Below, in pieces: positions 25,191-39,009 of a stretch of DNA of 64,000 nt (position 1 is the stretch's first letter; the number at the start of each line of letters is the position of its first letter). The position numbers and the translations under genes are program-made. Location of the stretch: NCBI GenBank assembly GCA_964187785.1, contig OZ076409.1, positions 40,116,001-40,180,000 on the forward strand, in the 5' to 3' direction. The stretch is from Amphiscolops sp. MND2022. Its lineage: Eukaryota. The notes below the pieces were generated by a model. The model made no database searches and was not told where the DNA came from. It saw only the letters and a list, made by a program, of their open reading frames with translations.

Positions 25191-27775
25191 CGACTGCCTT
25201 ATTGAATCCAAAAGTAAATCTCACAGTGAGAGATAGTTAACATAGTCTTTCGACGCTTCGTAAAACCGAAAATGAAAAATTAGTTTCTATATTCATCATT
25301 TGAAATCAATTCCTCGTAAAGTTCAGAACCTCAATTTCCTACAAACTTCTCAACTATATTGTTGCAAACCATTTTCACCACTCGTAACCAAAAACATTCA
25401 CAACTCTTAAGTTCGAGAATCAAAAGTAAAAATTTTTCGAATGATGAAAGCTTCTTGAAGAAATGGTGGAATTGTACAAGAAACAATCCATGAACCCGCG
25501 CCTGCCTGCTCCTGTTCTGAAAAAGTCAGATATCTCATCCTCACGCCCAGCTGATATATATGACTTCGTTCCATCGAACTCATCAATGCCAGCAATGATC
25601 GCCGACAATCATACAGATATAACAATTTTTGTTACTCTAAATTGTACTTTTTCCCGGGCAAGGTTGTTAATTATACAGTTTTTTTCACGAAAAGTGTTTA
25701 AAACATGTTTTTCCGAAATATATTTTTTGTACTCTATCATTTTTGGCCGCGTTTTGCCTGAATGTGCCTGTTATGTACAAAAAATGTTTATGCAGAATGC
25801 TTATTTGTCGCAAAATATTTCATTGTTGTACAAAAGTTGTACATAAAATTGGAAAATCTTTACAACAGAAAACAAGTGGTTTAGCACTAAAGGAAAAAAC
25901 ATTTGAAAGAATATTTTGAAAAAAATTTATTATTCATGTTTTTTTCGTTCTGTTTTATTTTTGAATAAAACAACTCAACAACCCTGCCTCCTGGCTATCA
26001 GTCCTATGTTGACAGTTCCAGTTACGTAGAGCATTTTGTTCCTGACGTAAAACGATCAGACATCTTGAAATAGTCAATAAACTAAAGTATTGACACTCAA
26101 TGTAAGTAATTTGAATACTTTGACTGTCGTACGATGTCAGATAAATACTACGGAACAAAGTGCTCTACAAAACTGGGAAGCGTTCTAAAGCTTTGCAAAT
26201 CACTTTGGAATCACTCAAAGATCATCGAATCTGTTTTTTTTTGAAAAAAAGTATCTTTCCAAGCTCAACTGAGTAATTTATTGAGCCAAACAATCAGTGT
26301 AGGAATAAAGTCGGTTTTTTATATGACTGAATGCAATCATTTTTTTGGATTTCTTTGGATATACAGTGGACACGCCTATAAGAGACAACACCTTATTGGC
26401 ACGCATATTTCGGTCCTCGCTGAAATGAAGCAAATATATTGTACTACTGATATAAGAGACAACGTATATAGTAGACAAGAATACCCGGTTCCACTGTATC
26501 TGCATTCCCATGTTTGAAAAACAGATCGCTTTCAGAGAATCAATGCTGTTTTGTTATTCAAATCAAATCACTACTTGAACACTAGCGCGACCATAATGTC
26601 AAGGAAGTCAATACGGTCAATGAGGGTTGGTTTCTGCGATATTCTCAATGAAGTCAATTTTTGAATGTCGGGTCAATTTAGGTACATACATGTAGAATAC
26701 TGCGCAGAATACCGATTCGTCGAAAGATGGAGTTCCCTTTGGCCGTTTTCCGAAATCAGAAGGTTGTCTTTCAACTAGCTGCGCCATGAAGAGAAGTTTT
26801 TTCCCTTCTCAGAAGCTCTTGAGCTTCTCGGGAAATTTTTTCTCGGAAAATTGCTCTAAATATTTCTAGTGCCCCACTTCTAACACGCCCAGATGAATTG
26901 AAAAACCCCCATTCAACCAGGCGTCATCGACGAACTTCGCTGCTCCATTAAGCCCAATCAATGCAGTCAATTCCAACGGTACCAAATATGCTTCTCCCGT
27001 CGATTCTCGGCTAGCGGTGTATGACTTTGTCAACTCCGTCAAGAAAGGAAATGTTTATTGTTTTTGTGCTGTGACTGATGGGAACAAGTACGAATTCAGG
27101 AGGGCTTTAAAGTTCAATGAGTTCAAGAAAAAGTGATGACTTTCTATTTTACACGTGTTCGCCCGTTTTGGATAAATAGAATCGATGTTCTGAAAGACAG
27201 TTTTCTCACAGAACGTTTAGATTTGACTCCGCAAGAAGCAACACAGTCGTTTTTTTTACAATTCGCAAGGGAAAAAACAATTGGAAGATACCAGAGTTTG
27301 TGAGCACTTTCAAAACAAAATTAAGGCAGTCCACAGGAAGCCAAAACGAAAACTCGTCTACGAGCCAACTTCAACACTTGATGCAACTGTAAGTTCAACA
27401 GTGGACGTGATCTTCCAGGCAACCGAAACTCCTCTAACCAACACCCCCGATTCTGATTCAGCAGCTCAATGACAGTTGAAGCAAGTAGAGATGACTACGA
27501 TGTCCCCGACTTCAAAAAAGCAACTGTCCTACTCCAGTGATAGTTTTGCCAGTGTCATTTTAGTAAGTTAAATCTTTTGATATGCATCGTGTGCACTGAA
27601 ACAAGTTATTAGATTGAATTTGGTCCCTGCAATGAGCACAACTGAAACTTTTTATTGATCCTTTTGCTTTTCGTTCGGCCATCGAACTTTTCGCGCAATT
27701 TGGATTTTAACGTTTTTCGATGCACGAAATTCTTACAAAACTCTACTGGAGTAGATATTTAATGGTCTTTTTCAG

Positions 27776-28630
27776 GTGAAAAAAATTTTCTTTCCTCCAA
27801 ATAATCCCGAGGACACTATTCCTACGCCGGTCCAATGCAGCAAAAAAAACATGAGAAGAGATTGCATTGATGCGGTAGCAGCAAAGAACCTCGGAGGACG
27901 TGTGAATGACCACTTCACTACAAACTCGTGAATTTGCGTGTCCAAAAAAACATTAATTTCTTCCATGGACCGACTCAACCGTCCAGAGAGTGCGTAGCGA
28001 AAGTCGTCCGCAATCGTGGTTGGTCTGATCATGCAAGAATTGTACACAACACGATGTTAGCGTGGAAGCCTTCAACCACTGATGTTAGACGAAGCACTAG
28101 ACGTACAGTACCCGAAGTAATTGAGACGGATCTAGGAAGAGGCGTGAGTAAGAGTGGCCCTTCCTCCAAGTTTATGAAAAACTAAAATTCGAGAATGTTT
28201 CTGTCAGCCGAGGAGTGGTCACAACTGCCTCTATCAAAGAATCGGAAATAGTTTGTGACTACTACACAGACCTTGTCATAGACCAGACACTATTACGCAG
28301 TATGTTCTTGACTGTGGTGAGTTTTTGCTCGATGCTACTGCCGAAACGTGCAAATGTCACCCTGGTAGAAGATCATTTGGATGTCTCCTCAACTACAGAC
28401 CGAGCAACATCCAAGAATGCAATGTGAGAATGAAGAGGACAAATATCGGTGGCAAAGATGTAGTTCTGTTCATTGCAGTGAGATTTGCTTGTAGTTCATT
28501 TGCTTGGAGGAACTTTGCTTCGATTACAATAATCCAGCTCGCAAGGTACAGTGTTGCAGGCAACGTTCCAATTCCTCTGGTGCCTCACGGCCTACACAAC
28601 CCCCAGGAACATCTACCAGTGAATCTGACA
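27776..28630 (+). pseudogene. SET-domain methyltransferase pseudogene (SETD8/PR-Set7-like motifs), paralog of the 52.7-55.0 kb gene
   Basis: Joined frames read ETDLGRG / RGVVTTASIKESEIVCDY / QYVLDCGEFLLDATAETCKCHPGRRSFGCLLNYRPS..CNV..DVVLFIAVR / EELCFDYN. Several frameshifts; the NH motif reads NY. Probable upstream exons from about 26.7 kb. Confidence 0.8.
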
Positions 28631-29482
28631 GAGCGGGAAGGTTATTTAATCAAAGTATTGTTTATAATATCTCGTCAAAAAACTTTCCGATTTCAAATTC
28701 AACTGATTACATATTTTCAACTCTATTTCAACTGATATCATGTTTCAACATTTTTTCAACTGATAAAAACTCATTTTTCACATCGTTTTTTTAGCGACGA
28801 CATCATTTTTTCTTCCTTAGATATTGATACGTATGTTTCTAGTGGAGTCTCTCATATATTTAGAAACGTTTTCAGGACGTCCAACGAAGTTAAATTTTTG
28901 AATTACGTTACGAGTTACTTTTTTTTTCTGTGGGCTCAATGCTTTTTCGCATAACGAGACCACTAGGTTTGTTTTTTTTCTCCGAGTTACTTCTATGGTC
29001 CACTTCTGGGGGCAATCATAATTTTTGAAATTGTTTTCATAATCATTACATCCAGTATCGTCGTTTTTGTGATTTGTTTCTGGCTTCTTGCTTGAACAGA
29101 TTCTGTATTCCAGATCAAAATGATACAAAAACCAAATAAACTACGTGAAGCTTATGTTCCTGAACGTCTTGTTCCCGAGTGTGTTCCTGCGAAAAAATAA
29201 TGACTGTCTCCTTCCCAATGATCGCAGGAAGGCCACACATTTCTTCAAGAAGCATTTAAAAGGTTTTTTTTGTTCTTTCCGTTTTCAATCCAAAACATAA
29301 CTAGAGATTGACAACGTAATTATCCAAAACGATTCTAGGATAAAAGCCTTATATCCTGAGGAGTGCACTTAAGCATTACATTGTAGGTGATCGTTTGTGG
29401 CACGTTTTGATTCATGATTGTTGCATGACTGAACGTAAACTTCTCTGATGTATACAAGCCCCATGGACTCGAAAGTTGTTCA

Positions 29483-31819
29483 ATGTTGCGCGAAGACGTA
29501 TCCGATTTTTTGACAATATCTGCACCCCCATCCTTGATTCCCTGGACGACTGAAAGAGTTGGATATCTACGACTATTTTTACCTTCGTTGCCCATTCTTG
29601 ACTCAAACTCTTTTTCGTCAATTGACACCACTTTTTCACAACAGTCATCCTTGCAAGGATCATCCTCGTGTTTCGCTGCAGAATCTTTGGAGGTCTTCTA
29701 TGAAGGAGGAGGTCTTCCTTGCGTCACTTTATTATAACTCACAAGCACTTTTTCACAAGTCAAACCTTCAACAGGAAAAACACCTTAGTTCATAAACTTC
29801 TTCATCTTTTTCTGCCAACCCTATTTTGCCTTGAAAGAGAAGACATTCAAATGGAGAATCAACCCCTGTCGTGATGTACACTTAAATGATTGCTAAGTAG
29901 TTGGAACACAAAACAAATTTAGTCCGTCTTGAGCAGCACTCAATTGTTTTGTTGGTTTAATACCACATTTTTCCCTGTTGTGAGAAACTTGAATTTGGAA
30001 TAATATTTTTTGGAATGTTTTCCAGGGTAAAGATGTGCGAATCAACCTGGAATGCAACCTCGTCATGTCAGAAGTGATTGGAAGGCCTGGGTGGTTATAC
30101 AACGAAACAAAAACCTTACATGACGAAGGTGCTATACTGATTTGTTCTGGTGATTCACCATTCCAACTGTGTCTTTTAAAAGGTGTTAGCAGTGATGTTT
30201 CTTTTCTGTCAAAGATGTGTCTTTATGTCAGTGATCTTGCAGATATTTCGAACCTACCACTGAAACAGACCAAAAAGGACATCGCTGAATATAAGAGAGA
30301 AATAGAAGTGAGAGGGTGAGTCTTCCGTCAACTGTCGATTACGCTACTGGTCGAAGAACAGAATTGATCATTGACATCAACGAATCCATCCAAAAAGGTT
30401 CTGTCATTTTCCTCAAATCCACTTTCAATTCATGTCCTGATCTGCTGCATATGGTTGTTCGTTCAGTCGAAAGTGATGTGAAGTTAAACGTGGACTCGCT
30501 TTTGCTGTTGAAAGACCTTTCAGCAATATCTAGACTCGGATTTAAAATAACGGAACGAAATGTGGAACCACCGAGATTCAAGTTTGAGATCGTTGAAAAA
30601 CTCTGCATAGCCGTATCTCTCAGTTTCAGAGACGCCGAAGTTATAATATCCGACTGCAACAGAATCAGCGACTATGGCCATTCAGACTGCCCAATTTTTG
30701 AAGGTGTGTATTCATTCGAAAAACCTCATGTGTACAAAGCTGACCAAACAAGCTCTACAACGTCTTATAACGTATTGATATCATTGGTTGATGGGTTGCA
30801 GGCATCTTTCACAAAAGGAGTGGGCATTTCTGTTTGGAAACTGGCCGACCTTGAATTTTGATCTCTTTACCAGTTACTTGATTTGCTTCGACAGAGAAAT
30901 TTGAGAGACTTTCTAATGTGTAAAGATCTCTATGAAATTTATTACCAGTCAACTTTATGTCTTTTCGGTGATCGTGCGAATTTCCATACAAATTGAAATT
31001 GGATATACTACTAAGACTTTTTGAGAAGGTTGAGCTTCTGTCTTCGTTTTTTTACATGACAGAAGGAACTGAAGAAAGCCGCCACACAGCAGCCAAAGAC
31101 TACAATACGAAGACAATGCGTGATGGTGGTAATGATGCATGGAACATGTCATCCAGTTATCTCGATATTAAAGTCCACATCCACATCAAAGTCGGTGACA
31201 CTTGAATCTTACCGGAAAATGTATGGCAAAACAAAGACGTATCATGAAATTTGCCGTGAACCTATTCCAGAACCCGAACCTGACTATCTTACAACTGAAA
31301 GCATGTTTAGAGGTATGCACATTGTCATTCTTGGAACATATGGGCACCTGAAAGCAACTCAAGCGAGTCTTGAAAAAAGATCACCGAAAATGGAGGAAAT
31401 GTTGTTTCCAATGTAGATATCATCAATAGAAGCAAGTTGAATTTTTGAGCCATCATTATTGCATTTTACCAAATCGAATTTGTATCGACGCATTCATTAA
31501 TGGTCAACCATGTAAAGAAAAAGCTACAACAAAGGCCCTTTCCAATACGATACTCGGTAACCAGATTAACTTGAAGCCTGAATTTGTAATCGCCTGAGTA
31601 CAGAAAAATTCCTTGATTGATCCCAAAGATTATGTTTTTGAAGAAGATCAGTCTGCGAGAGCCAAATTCAAAACAATGAAATACATATCTGTGGCCCCGC
31701 AATTACTATGTCAATCAAACCCCCTACGACATGGTTCATTAACTTACCATACAACAATGCGGAAGTACAAGAACACACTAAAAAGGGCAGCCTTGAAGCG
31801 AAAAATAGACGACGTTTAA
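29483..31819 (+). pseudogene. Decayed RAG1/Transib/Chapaev-like DDE transposase with C-terminal BRCT-like domain
   Basis: Motifs in order: LICSGDSPF (30149), MCLY, CPDLLHMVVRSVE (30436), PYKLKLD, MTEGTEESRH..KDY..KTMRDGG (31056; compare RAG1 SEGNESGNK). Then FRGMHIVILG..LEK/KITENGGNV..SHHYCIL..LKPEFVIA*VQKNSLIDPKDYVF (BRCT-like, about 31300-31640). Multiple stops and frameshifts; first catalytic Asp not located. Confidence 0.6.
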
Positions 31820-31825
31820 TAGCGA

Positions 31826-32162
31826 ATCATTTCAGTGCAGATTCAAAAATTACTTATTTTATCAGACAAGGTTTCTTTGACCGCTTCATTATCATTTCAG
31901 TGCATATCTATAACTTATTTCATCAAACAAGGTCCCCTTGACCACTTCATTATCATTTCAGTGCACATCTATAATTTATTTCATCAGACAAGGTCCCTAT
32001 GACCGCTTCATTATCATTTCAGTGCATATCTAAAACTTATTTCATCAGACAAGGTCCCTTTGACCGCTTCATTATCATTTCAGTGCAGATCTATAATTTA
32101 TTTTATCAGACAAGGTCCCTTTGACCGCTTCATTATCATTTCAGTTCAGATCTGAAACTTAT
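31826..32162 (+). repeat. 61-bp tandem repeat (about 5.5 units) just 3' of the transposase stop
   Basis: Unit ccgcttcattatcatttcagtgcatatctataacttatttcatcagacaaggtccctttga; starts at 31881, 31942, 32003. Confidence 0.95.
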
Positions 32163-32600
32163 GGATCTGGTTATGAAGTAAATGCAGTGTAAATTTAGAC
32201 TATATTTTTTTCTTTCAGGCAAGTTCACTAATAATAACTGTTCAACTTATACTTTCGTAGTATATCTTTTCGCCGTGACGCAACTTATACTTCCATAATT
32301 AATCTTTTCGCCGTGACGTTTTCTCTGAAACTTCATCAGTCGAAATTTGATCCCCGTCGTGAGCGCAATTTTTGACTACATCGAGTTGACATTCCCTCTG
32401 TTACCTTATTTACTTTTGAATGATTTATGACCGTTGTCGCATGATTGATCTATTACGAATTGTGACTTCCTGGAGTAGTGTGACTTGTTGTGAGTTGTTG
32501 ACTGTAGATATTTGACTAACATTTTATAGTTATTCTCATACAAAATTGAATGGTGTATAACTAGTGAGTGACTTCCTGGAATTTTTTCAGTTGATATCAA

Positions 32601-35600
32601 ATGGAGACACTGCCGACTACGCCATCAACGTCCCATCGAAAGACACCAGAGAAAGTCCCATGCGGCCAAGGTTCTGTCAACAGAAAATAATAAAGTTTTT
32701 GTTATTAGGCTGGGACGTTTTGCTAGTTTCTTTCATGGAAAATTTTAATCTGACATATGGAATTCATTTAAAGCACTTGTGACGTTGTGGACAAGCTGTC
32801 CAACATCCTTCGCCACCCAAAGTCTGTCCCCGAATGCCACGAGAGCAGTTCAAGATCACGGAGAGAACGTGCGAGCTCTGCGGCCAGATCATTTCCGCCA
32901 AAAAGCTGCGGAAGAAGCACTACAATACAAAGTATTGTAAGGAGCAGCAAAAGCGGAAAGCAGAAGGCCTGCCTACCCGAATGTACCAGTACGGTAAGTC
33001 ATTACGATGTATGTTAATCCTTGATCGACTTGTGAACATCTTGAACTGTTAATTGTATCATGTCCAAAAAGATAAGGAAACTCAATGGTGTTGATTTTGA
33101 AAATAGAATAGTTGCGGTTTCAAACAAAAAGTGTGTTCTAATTCTCGTAACTTGTATGTTACAGCAGCTGCAGAAGGCTTGAAGCGGAAGCTTAACTTAT
33201 GCTACGGCAGATGATGCGGCAAGTCATATGTTTACCCTATGACTTGCGCGTACACCTTTTGAAGAATCCTCAAAACCTGGACCGAACGAATGTGAGTGCC
33301 TTTTTTCTCTTTATTCAATGTGAATGTGTGATTGGAATCCATTTTATCGGACTATGTATAATATTGCCGTACACCATTGATTGACCATTTGATACTTGAA
33401 AGACCGTGTTTAAACGGTGACAGTGTGACTGGAATCCGTTTTCTTGGACTATGTATGGCACTGCTAACACTGTGGCAACTGTTTAGGCTGCAGTACCCTT
33501 GGGCTCAGATTCCTCGAGTAACATTGGGGAGCAATTCAGGCCAGAAGATTTCAACCACATTCCTCCTGATGTGTTTGGATCTGATGGATTTTTCAAATTC
33601 GCGATGGAAGTGCCCCTCGACTACGAGTTTCCTGTAGCTCAATGGGAAGGAAACGTCGACGACCATGTCGTCAAATTCAATTCCCTGATGAGACACAGTG
33701 TGTCTCTGTTGTGGCGTGGAGGTGTCAACCATTGCGATGGTTTGAAGCTGCCTCAAGTGGAAGAACTCGCCTTCACTGAAGTCGTCACAGAGATTCTAGT
33801 CCCCCACAAGCTGCAGTCAAGTGCAGCAACTATCAATGTGAAGTCGGCAAAAATTGGAAAAGTAGGTCCTTGGTAGAATTACTTTCTATTTGAAGCTTGT
33901 ATATTTCGTAAAATACTTGGAACAACTGCAATTTGATTCCTGTCATGAGCTCGTTTTCCAACTTGTCAAACAACTGCATTTGAACTATTCTAACGAAGAG
34001 AAAGTTGTCCGTCTTATTCCCGTCTTAGTCACTTTATGACCATTTCATTTTAGAGTTGCGACCTCAGTCTGGATGAGTTCAAGCAGGAGCTCATCAACGT
34101 CGACAGAAGCAGCGTTTACTATCCTTTAAAGGCTATAGACATCGCCATGAATCCAAAGGTGAATACTGGGCTCCTTTGAAGGAAAACGCAAATCCACTGG
34201 CCTAAATATTGGACTTTGAGGATTTCAATCAACATAATGCACATTGTTTTGAAACAACTTCTTCATCCTATTTTGATTTTTTGTCTTTTCAGTCAATATA
34301 CAGCGTGCCAACGATGATAAGAAAAGTCCTCAGTGAACCACCTTGTGGATGAGCTGGTCAGTAAGTCAGAAGAATAGTTCTCAGTAGCGACTTCATACTA
34401 CTTGCTGATCTCCAACGATGGTTGTCATACAACTTGGCACACGGACTTCAGTTCAAAATCTGCCCTTTATACAGTCCTGACTGGGTCCAAGACATTTTCT
34501 CTCGTTGCACAAACGGAAAACAACATGGAGTTGTTCAACACCTGGTCGAAACAGAACGTGATGACATGTAAAACGTAATGATTCACCAAGGAGTATCAGC
34601 TTTTGTGTCCAATCATTTTTGTACATTTTGCACCTTTTGTCGATTAAATGCTACGTTCAACTTCTAGTGTAAATTTTGTTCTGCTGATTTTAGGAAACAA
34701 TACACAGGCCAAAATTCCCGTACGTGTTTTCATTGTAAATGCGAAATTTTCAGTTTTCCATTCACTATATTTTTGTTTTTGCACCGCCGAAAATTTTGAT
34801 AATACTCACTAGGTTTCAACAGTTTTCCTTTTAGGCCAACATTTTTTGGATGCCACGAAAGACTGGACGGGGGTTGCCTCAGGGTAACTCTTAATCCGGG
34901 CGCCGTTTTCGCCGTGCCGACTCAGTACATCCATGCAGTCCTCACAAGTGGAAACTCCGTGGCAGTAGGGACGAATTTCCTTTCAGAAAGCCACTAGAAG
35001 CAGATCATGAAGGCAATCGTTGAAGAAGACTCCTTCAGGGATCATGAGAAGTTTCCGGGCATGTTGGAAATGCCAGCCATTTTGATGCTCAAAGCATTTG
35101 AAAGACGCATGATAACTCCGGACTTCCTCCGACTTCACAGGGTTATTTGGAATCGTTATCAAGAAAGTAACGCCGTTGCTGTAAGTTCTATTTTTTGACA
35201 AAGATCACATTCGTTTTCAATCAAACTAGTGATCGAATGAAGTCTTTGTATAATGAAGCCGTGTTGTGACTCACGACAGGAATCAAAATCAAAGTTTGAA
35301 CATTTATGACATTGTGACTCGCGACAGGGACCAAAATTAAAATTGGTAATCAACAAAGTTGATCAAATAACATAGTAAGTTATCACGAGTTTTTTTTTCA
35401 GATTTGCCCAGAATTCAGCAAGGAGAGACTCGTTTACAATATTTGCTCACGCAAAGACTTCGTAAACGATGACTGTGTGACCGCTTTCACGGAGACGGCC
35501 TCAAAAAAGACATATCTTCTTTGCCCCAAGCCTTGCTTCAGAAGAAGAAACTGGGTTGTGAACGAGGACGACGTGAGGGTCCCGAAGGAGGCAATTCCTG

Positions 35601-35930
35601 AGGAGCGCCTTACTTTTTTGTGCCGAAGACCTGATGTTGACGAACCGAATCGTGATGTTTTTATCAGCTATGAGGGAGCCATCACGTATGTTCACCCGCG
35701 GCCGTCAAAAACTTCAGAGGCTTGCACAAAGTGCCAAAAAGAAGAAGCCTCGTTCAAGACCGTGGTAAGTTTGTTTACCAATTAGGATACATCCTTGTTT
35801 TAATTCACATCAAGGTAATGTAAAGGATAATATTCAACTCAAAACTGGTCACAAAAATATTCATAGAATTCAATCTTTTTGTTTCAGATATCAGACCATC
35901 CACGGATCGTTACGTTGCTTCGATCATTAG
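32601..35930 (+). pseudogene. Zinc-finger + JmjC (KDM2/KDM7-like) demethylase pseudogene, multi-exon
   Basis: Exons encode TCDVVDKLSNILRH, CELCGQIISAKKLRKKH, YYLLISNDGCHTTWHTDFSSKSALYTVLTGSKTF (HxD at 34438-34446) and VPTQYIHAVLTSGNSVAVGTNFL. In-frame TAG at 34375 and 34995, plus frameshifts. Intron positions are shared with the 48.1-51.7 kb gene. Confidence 0.88.
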
Positions 35931-36110
35931 CCACCCTGTCCCTGCATACAGTTGTGCTGTGCTACTTGATCATTGTTAACTTGACATGTTGAACGTTCTT
36001 GTCTCCGAATTATTTGTTGTGCGTTGAACGTTCTTGTCTCGGAGTTTTTTGTTGTGCTCAGTAATTTGTACACTGTGGCTCGATTCACAGAAATTGAAGG
36101 GCATTTCGTT

Positions 36111-36539
36111 CAGAGGTGTGAGATCGATAGCGGTAGCGTTAGCGACAATTCAGCATAAGTTAGCGATAGCGACAGTTAGCGACAAATTAAAGCGTTACCG
36201 AACTCGCTAAAAGGATTCAAAATTAACTAACGTGAATAACTTGACACTTCTGAATGGCTGTGGCTTGGCTTTTAGACGGTTTCTTTCGAACAGTTATTCA
36301 GTGTGCCCGGCAATGTGCAGAACGCAAGGCGAACCAGATTTGGCCCAAAAATTTTCAAAAATTGATACTTTTAAAGTAAAACTCTGAAATTTTTATAACA
36401 AAATCCTGAAAATTAGAATTTTTGAATTACCGACAGCGTTAGCGATTAGCGAACTCAATTTTTTGCAGCGATAGCGATGGAATTAAGCCAATAGCGATGT
36501 TAGCGATTATCGATAAACTTGTTAGCGATCGCACCTCTG
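36111..36539. mobile_element. hAT-type MITE (429 bp)
   Basis: CAGAGGTG...CACCTCTG termini, perfect 8-bp TSD ATTTCGTT (36103-36110, 36540-36547), subterminal TAGCGA repeats. Confidence 0.9.
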
Positions 36540-38007
36540 ATTTCGTTCCCGTCAAAACACGCATGAACCATTACACGACAAAAACACGATCTGAATCTAT
36601 TTTTGAACTTTTTGAACTATTCAACGGAAACTGAATCTATCCAAATTGCCATCAACTTGAAGTTTGAAAAAACTGCTCTGGAGTCCCTAATAACTGTCAA
36701 TGTCTGCCAATCGTGACGATTCTCGAAAGATCTTCCTGTTATTTTTCGTTGAAACATTCAACAAATTCTTACTGCAAAGTCCAATTCCGCAATAGTCCAA
36801 CCAAAATTTCTAATTTCACGGTGAAAAGACCTGTTGTTGACCATTATTCAATTATTAGGTTACTATTCATTTAATAAGTTAATTTGTACAATTTACTTCC
36901 GATTCATAGTGCATTTGTACAGCCTTGATCTTTTGTAAGTTTGTAACGTTCTGGATTGTACATTTTTGTGCACAAATACTGTCGGAAATGTCGAGTAGTT
37001 GTTTCCAAAAAAAGGAACATCTACCGTCGGAAATATCGGGTGGTTGTCTCAGAAAAAAGTTGTCAACTACTGTCAAAATCAATCATATATGGCCGCCGGA
37101 GGCACCCTTGCATCGTATGTTTTCCCTTCAAGTACAAGCCGAGTCTGAACAAGAGAAGCAAAAGCCTCTTTGATAAGGAGTATAACAGTGTTTGAGGCTG
37201 TTTGATTATAGGCAGGGGTGTGTAATGTAAGAGATGAGTCATTTCCAGTAACCACTGGTTGGTTAAAAAGCTCTGCGACGACACAACTCAAAACAAGCTC
37301 ATGTTCAGGTAATTTGCAATGTTTTGGAGAAAATATAAATTGTCAGATTGGGTTTGTTCGGAAGAATTTTATGTGGAAACTATGAATGATATTTCAAAAA
37401 CGGCTGATACTTTTTGAAATCATAGTATGTCTAGAGATTCAATAGCTTTGTGGGAGTTGAAGCAAAGACTTGCTTAAAAACTGTGGATAAATCAGTCAAA
37501 GAGTAGCACAGAATCTTTTGCACAGAATCAACTTTTGCACAGAATCAACTGTCTGTAACTCCAATTTTGAATTTTTTCAGACGGAAATTGAACTAATGTA
37601 AACTAGAACAAAATTTAGGATACGTTTCTTTCTGACAGTTTTCCAAATTTTCAATCGGTTCAGAAAAAAATCGATCCTGAGAAAAAAGGTCGAGGATGTT
37701 TTCTTAATCACAGTACTGTAGCTCTCAACCAATGAAATGAATGTGTGGGCCTCAATTAGCCAATGATATTTGTTTGTTAGTACCGACTGCTCTGTTGTTT
37801 TTCGAAAGTTGATCCAATCACTTGACACAAAATGTTGTTTGTTATTTTTGCTATCGAATATAGACTCAAGTTGTTTTAATTATTTTTGAGAGGCAACGTG
37901 AGTACCGGTACTTTTTGATCCCCGTCGAGAGCAAAGATGAAACAGAGTTCCTAAACCATCTTTTAAGTTACGTACCAGCTCTGAGAAAATGTCGCTTTTG
38001 TCAACTA

Positions 38008-38683
38008 CAGTGGTGTGAAGGAGGAATGCGACTTAGTTGCTCAGAAAGCAAAGCTTTCTCTAATCTGACTGGTTCACATAGCCTCGCTGCTCAACTCATA
38101 TTGGTTTAACAGGCCTCGATTGCTCGCAAAAATTAGTATTTTCAATATTTTACAGTCTTTCGGGGATAATTTTTTCATAAAAATTATACCAAAAATTTTC
38201 TCTGATTTTTCTCAATCCCAGGATAGTTTTCAATTGTGGAAATCACGAGGGAAACAAAAATGGGAGCACTTTTTCGTTCAGTAAAAATGGAACTACATGT
38301 ATTAAGATAGGAATTTCTGACTTACACTTGGTAAACTCCCACCATTAAACAGTTTCTAAGTATATCTAAAATCAAATTTCATTTTCGTTCTCGAGAGATT
38401 TGAGTTCGTCTACAAGGCAAAAGTTATCAAAAAATATTTATTGGATCACTGATACTTTTTTCTTTAATTAGCATTTTTGAATATTTTGTCTTCAAAAACA
38501 CATGTTTCTAACTTCAGATACAATTATGGTTGCAATTTCAAACAAAAATCATTGTATTCATACCAAAAATTGAAGAAATTTTTGTTTTTACCAAATCGAA
38601 CCATTTTGAATAGTTTTGGAGATATGAGACGACAAACTTTGCATTTTTGAGCAGCCGAGTCGCATTCTTTCTTCACACCACTG
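38008..38683. mobile_element. Tc1/mariner-type MITE, copy 1
   Basis: TA|CAGTGGTGTGAAG...CTTCACACCACTG|TA with imperfect TIRs of about 45 bp. Confidence 0.85.
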
Positions 38684-39009
38684 TACAGTATCCTTCTTTC
38701 CTTACGATGTGTTTTCAGAAACAAAAGCTTCATTGACTATTGTATATTGAACACAAAATAGCACCAGCTTAAATTGATAAATTGAAAACAAAAATAGCAG
38801 GTGGTTAAATTGAATACAGAAATGGCACCAGTTTAAAATGAAAACTAAAATAGCACTAGCTTAAGTTTTTTTTAAAATGGAATTTGAACACTCTGAACTG
38901 TTTGGTGAATAAAATCACAAAAATATAATTGAAAAGAAAACAGTTTATCTCTTGAAGAGCAAATAAACAACGAGTTTTGTAACTTTAATGTTCTAGAAGA
39001 GAAAGTTCC

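Noticed and set aside
26281..26517. Second RING-like remnant (ECNHFF...PVPL)
   Set aside because: Too few Cys/His ligands remain to support the call.
31826..32162. CRISPR-like array (also considered for the 82-, 84- and 171-bp arrays)
   Set aside because: No unique spacers, no cas genes, eukaryotic context.
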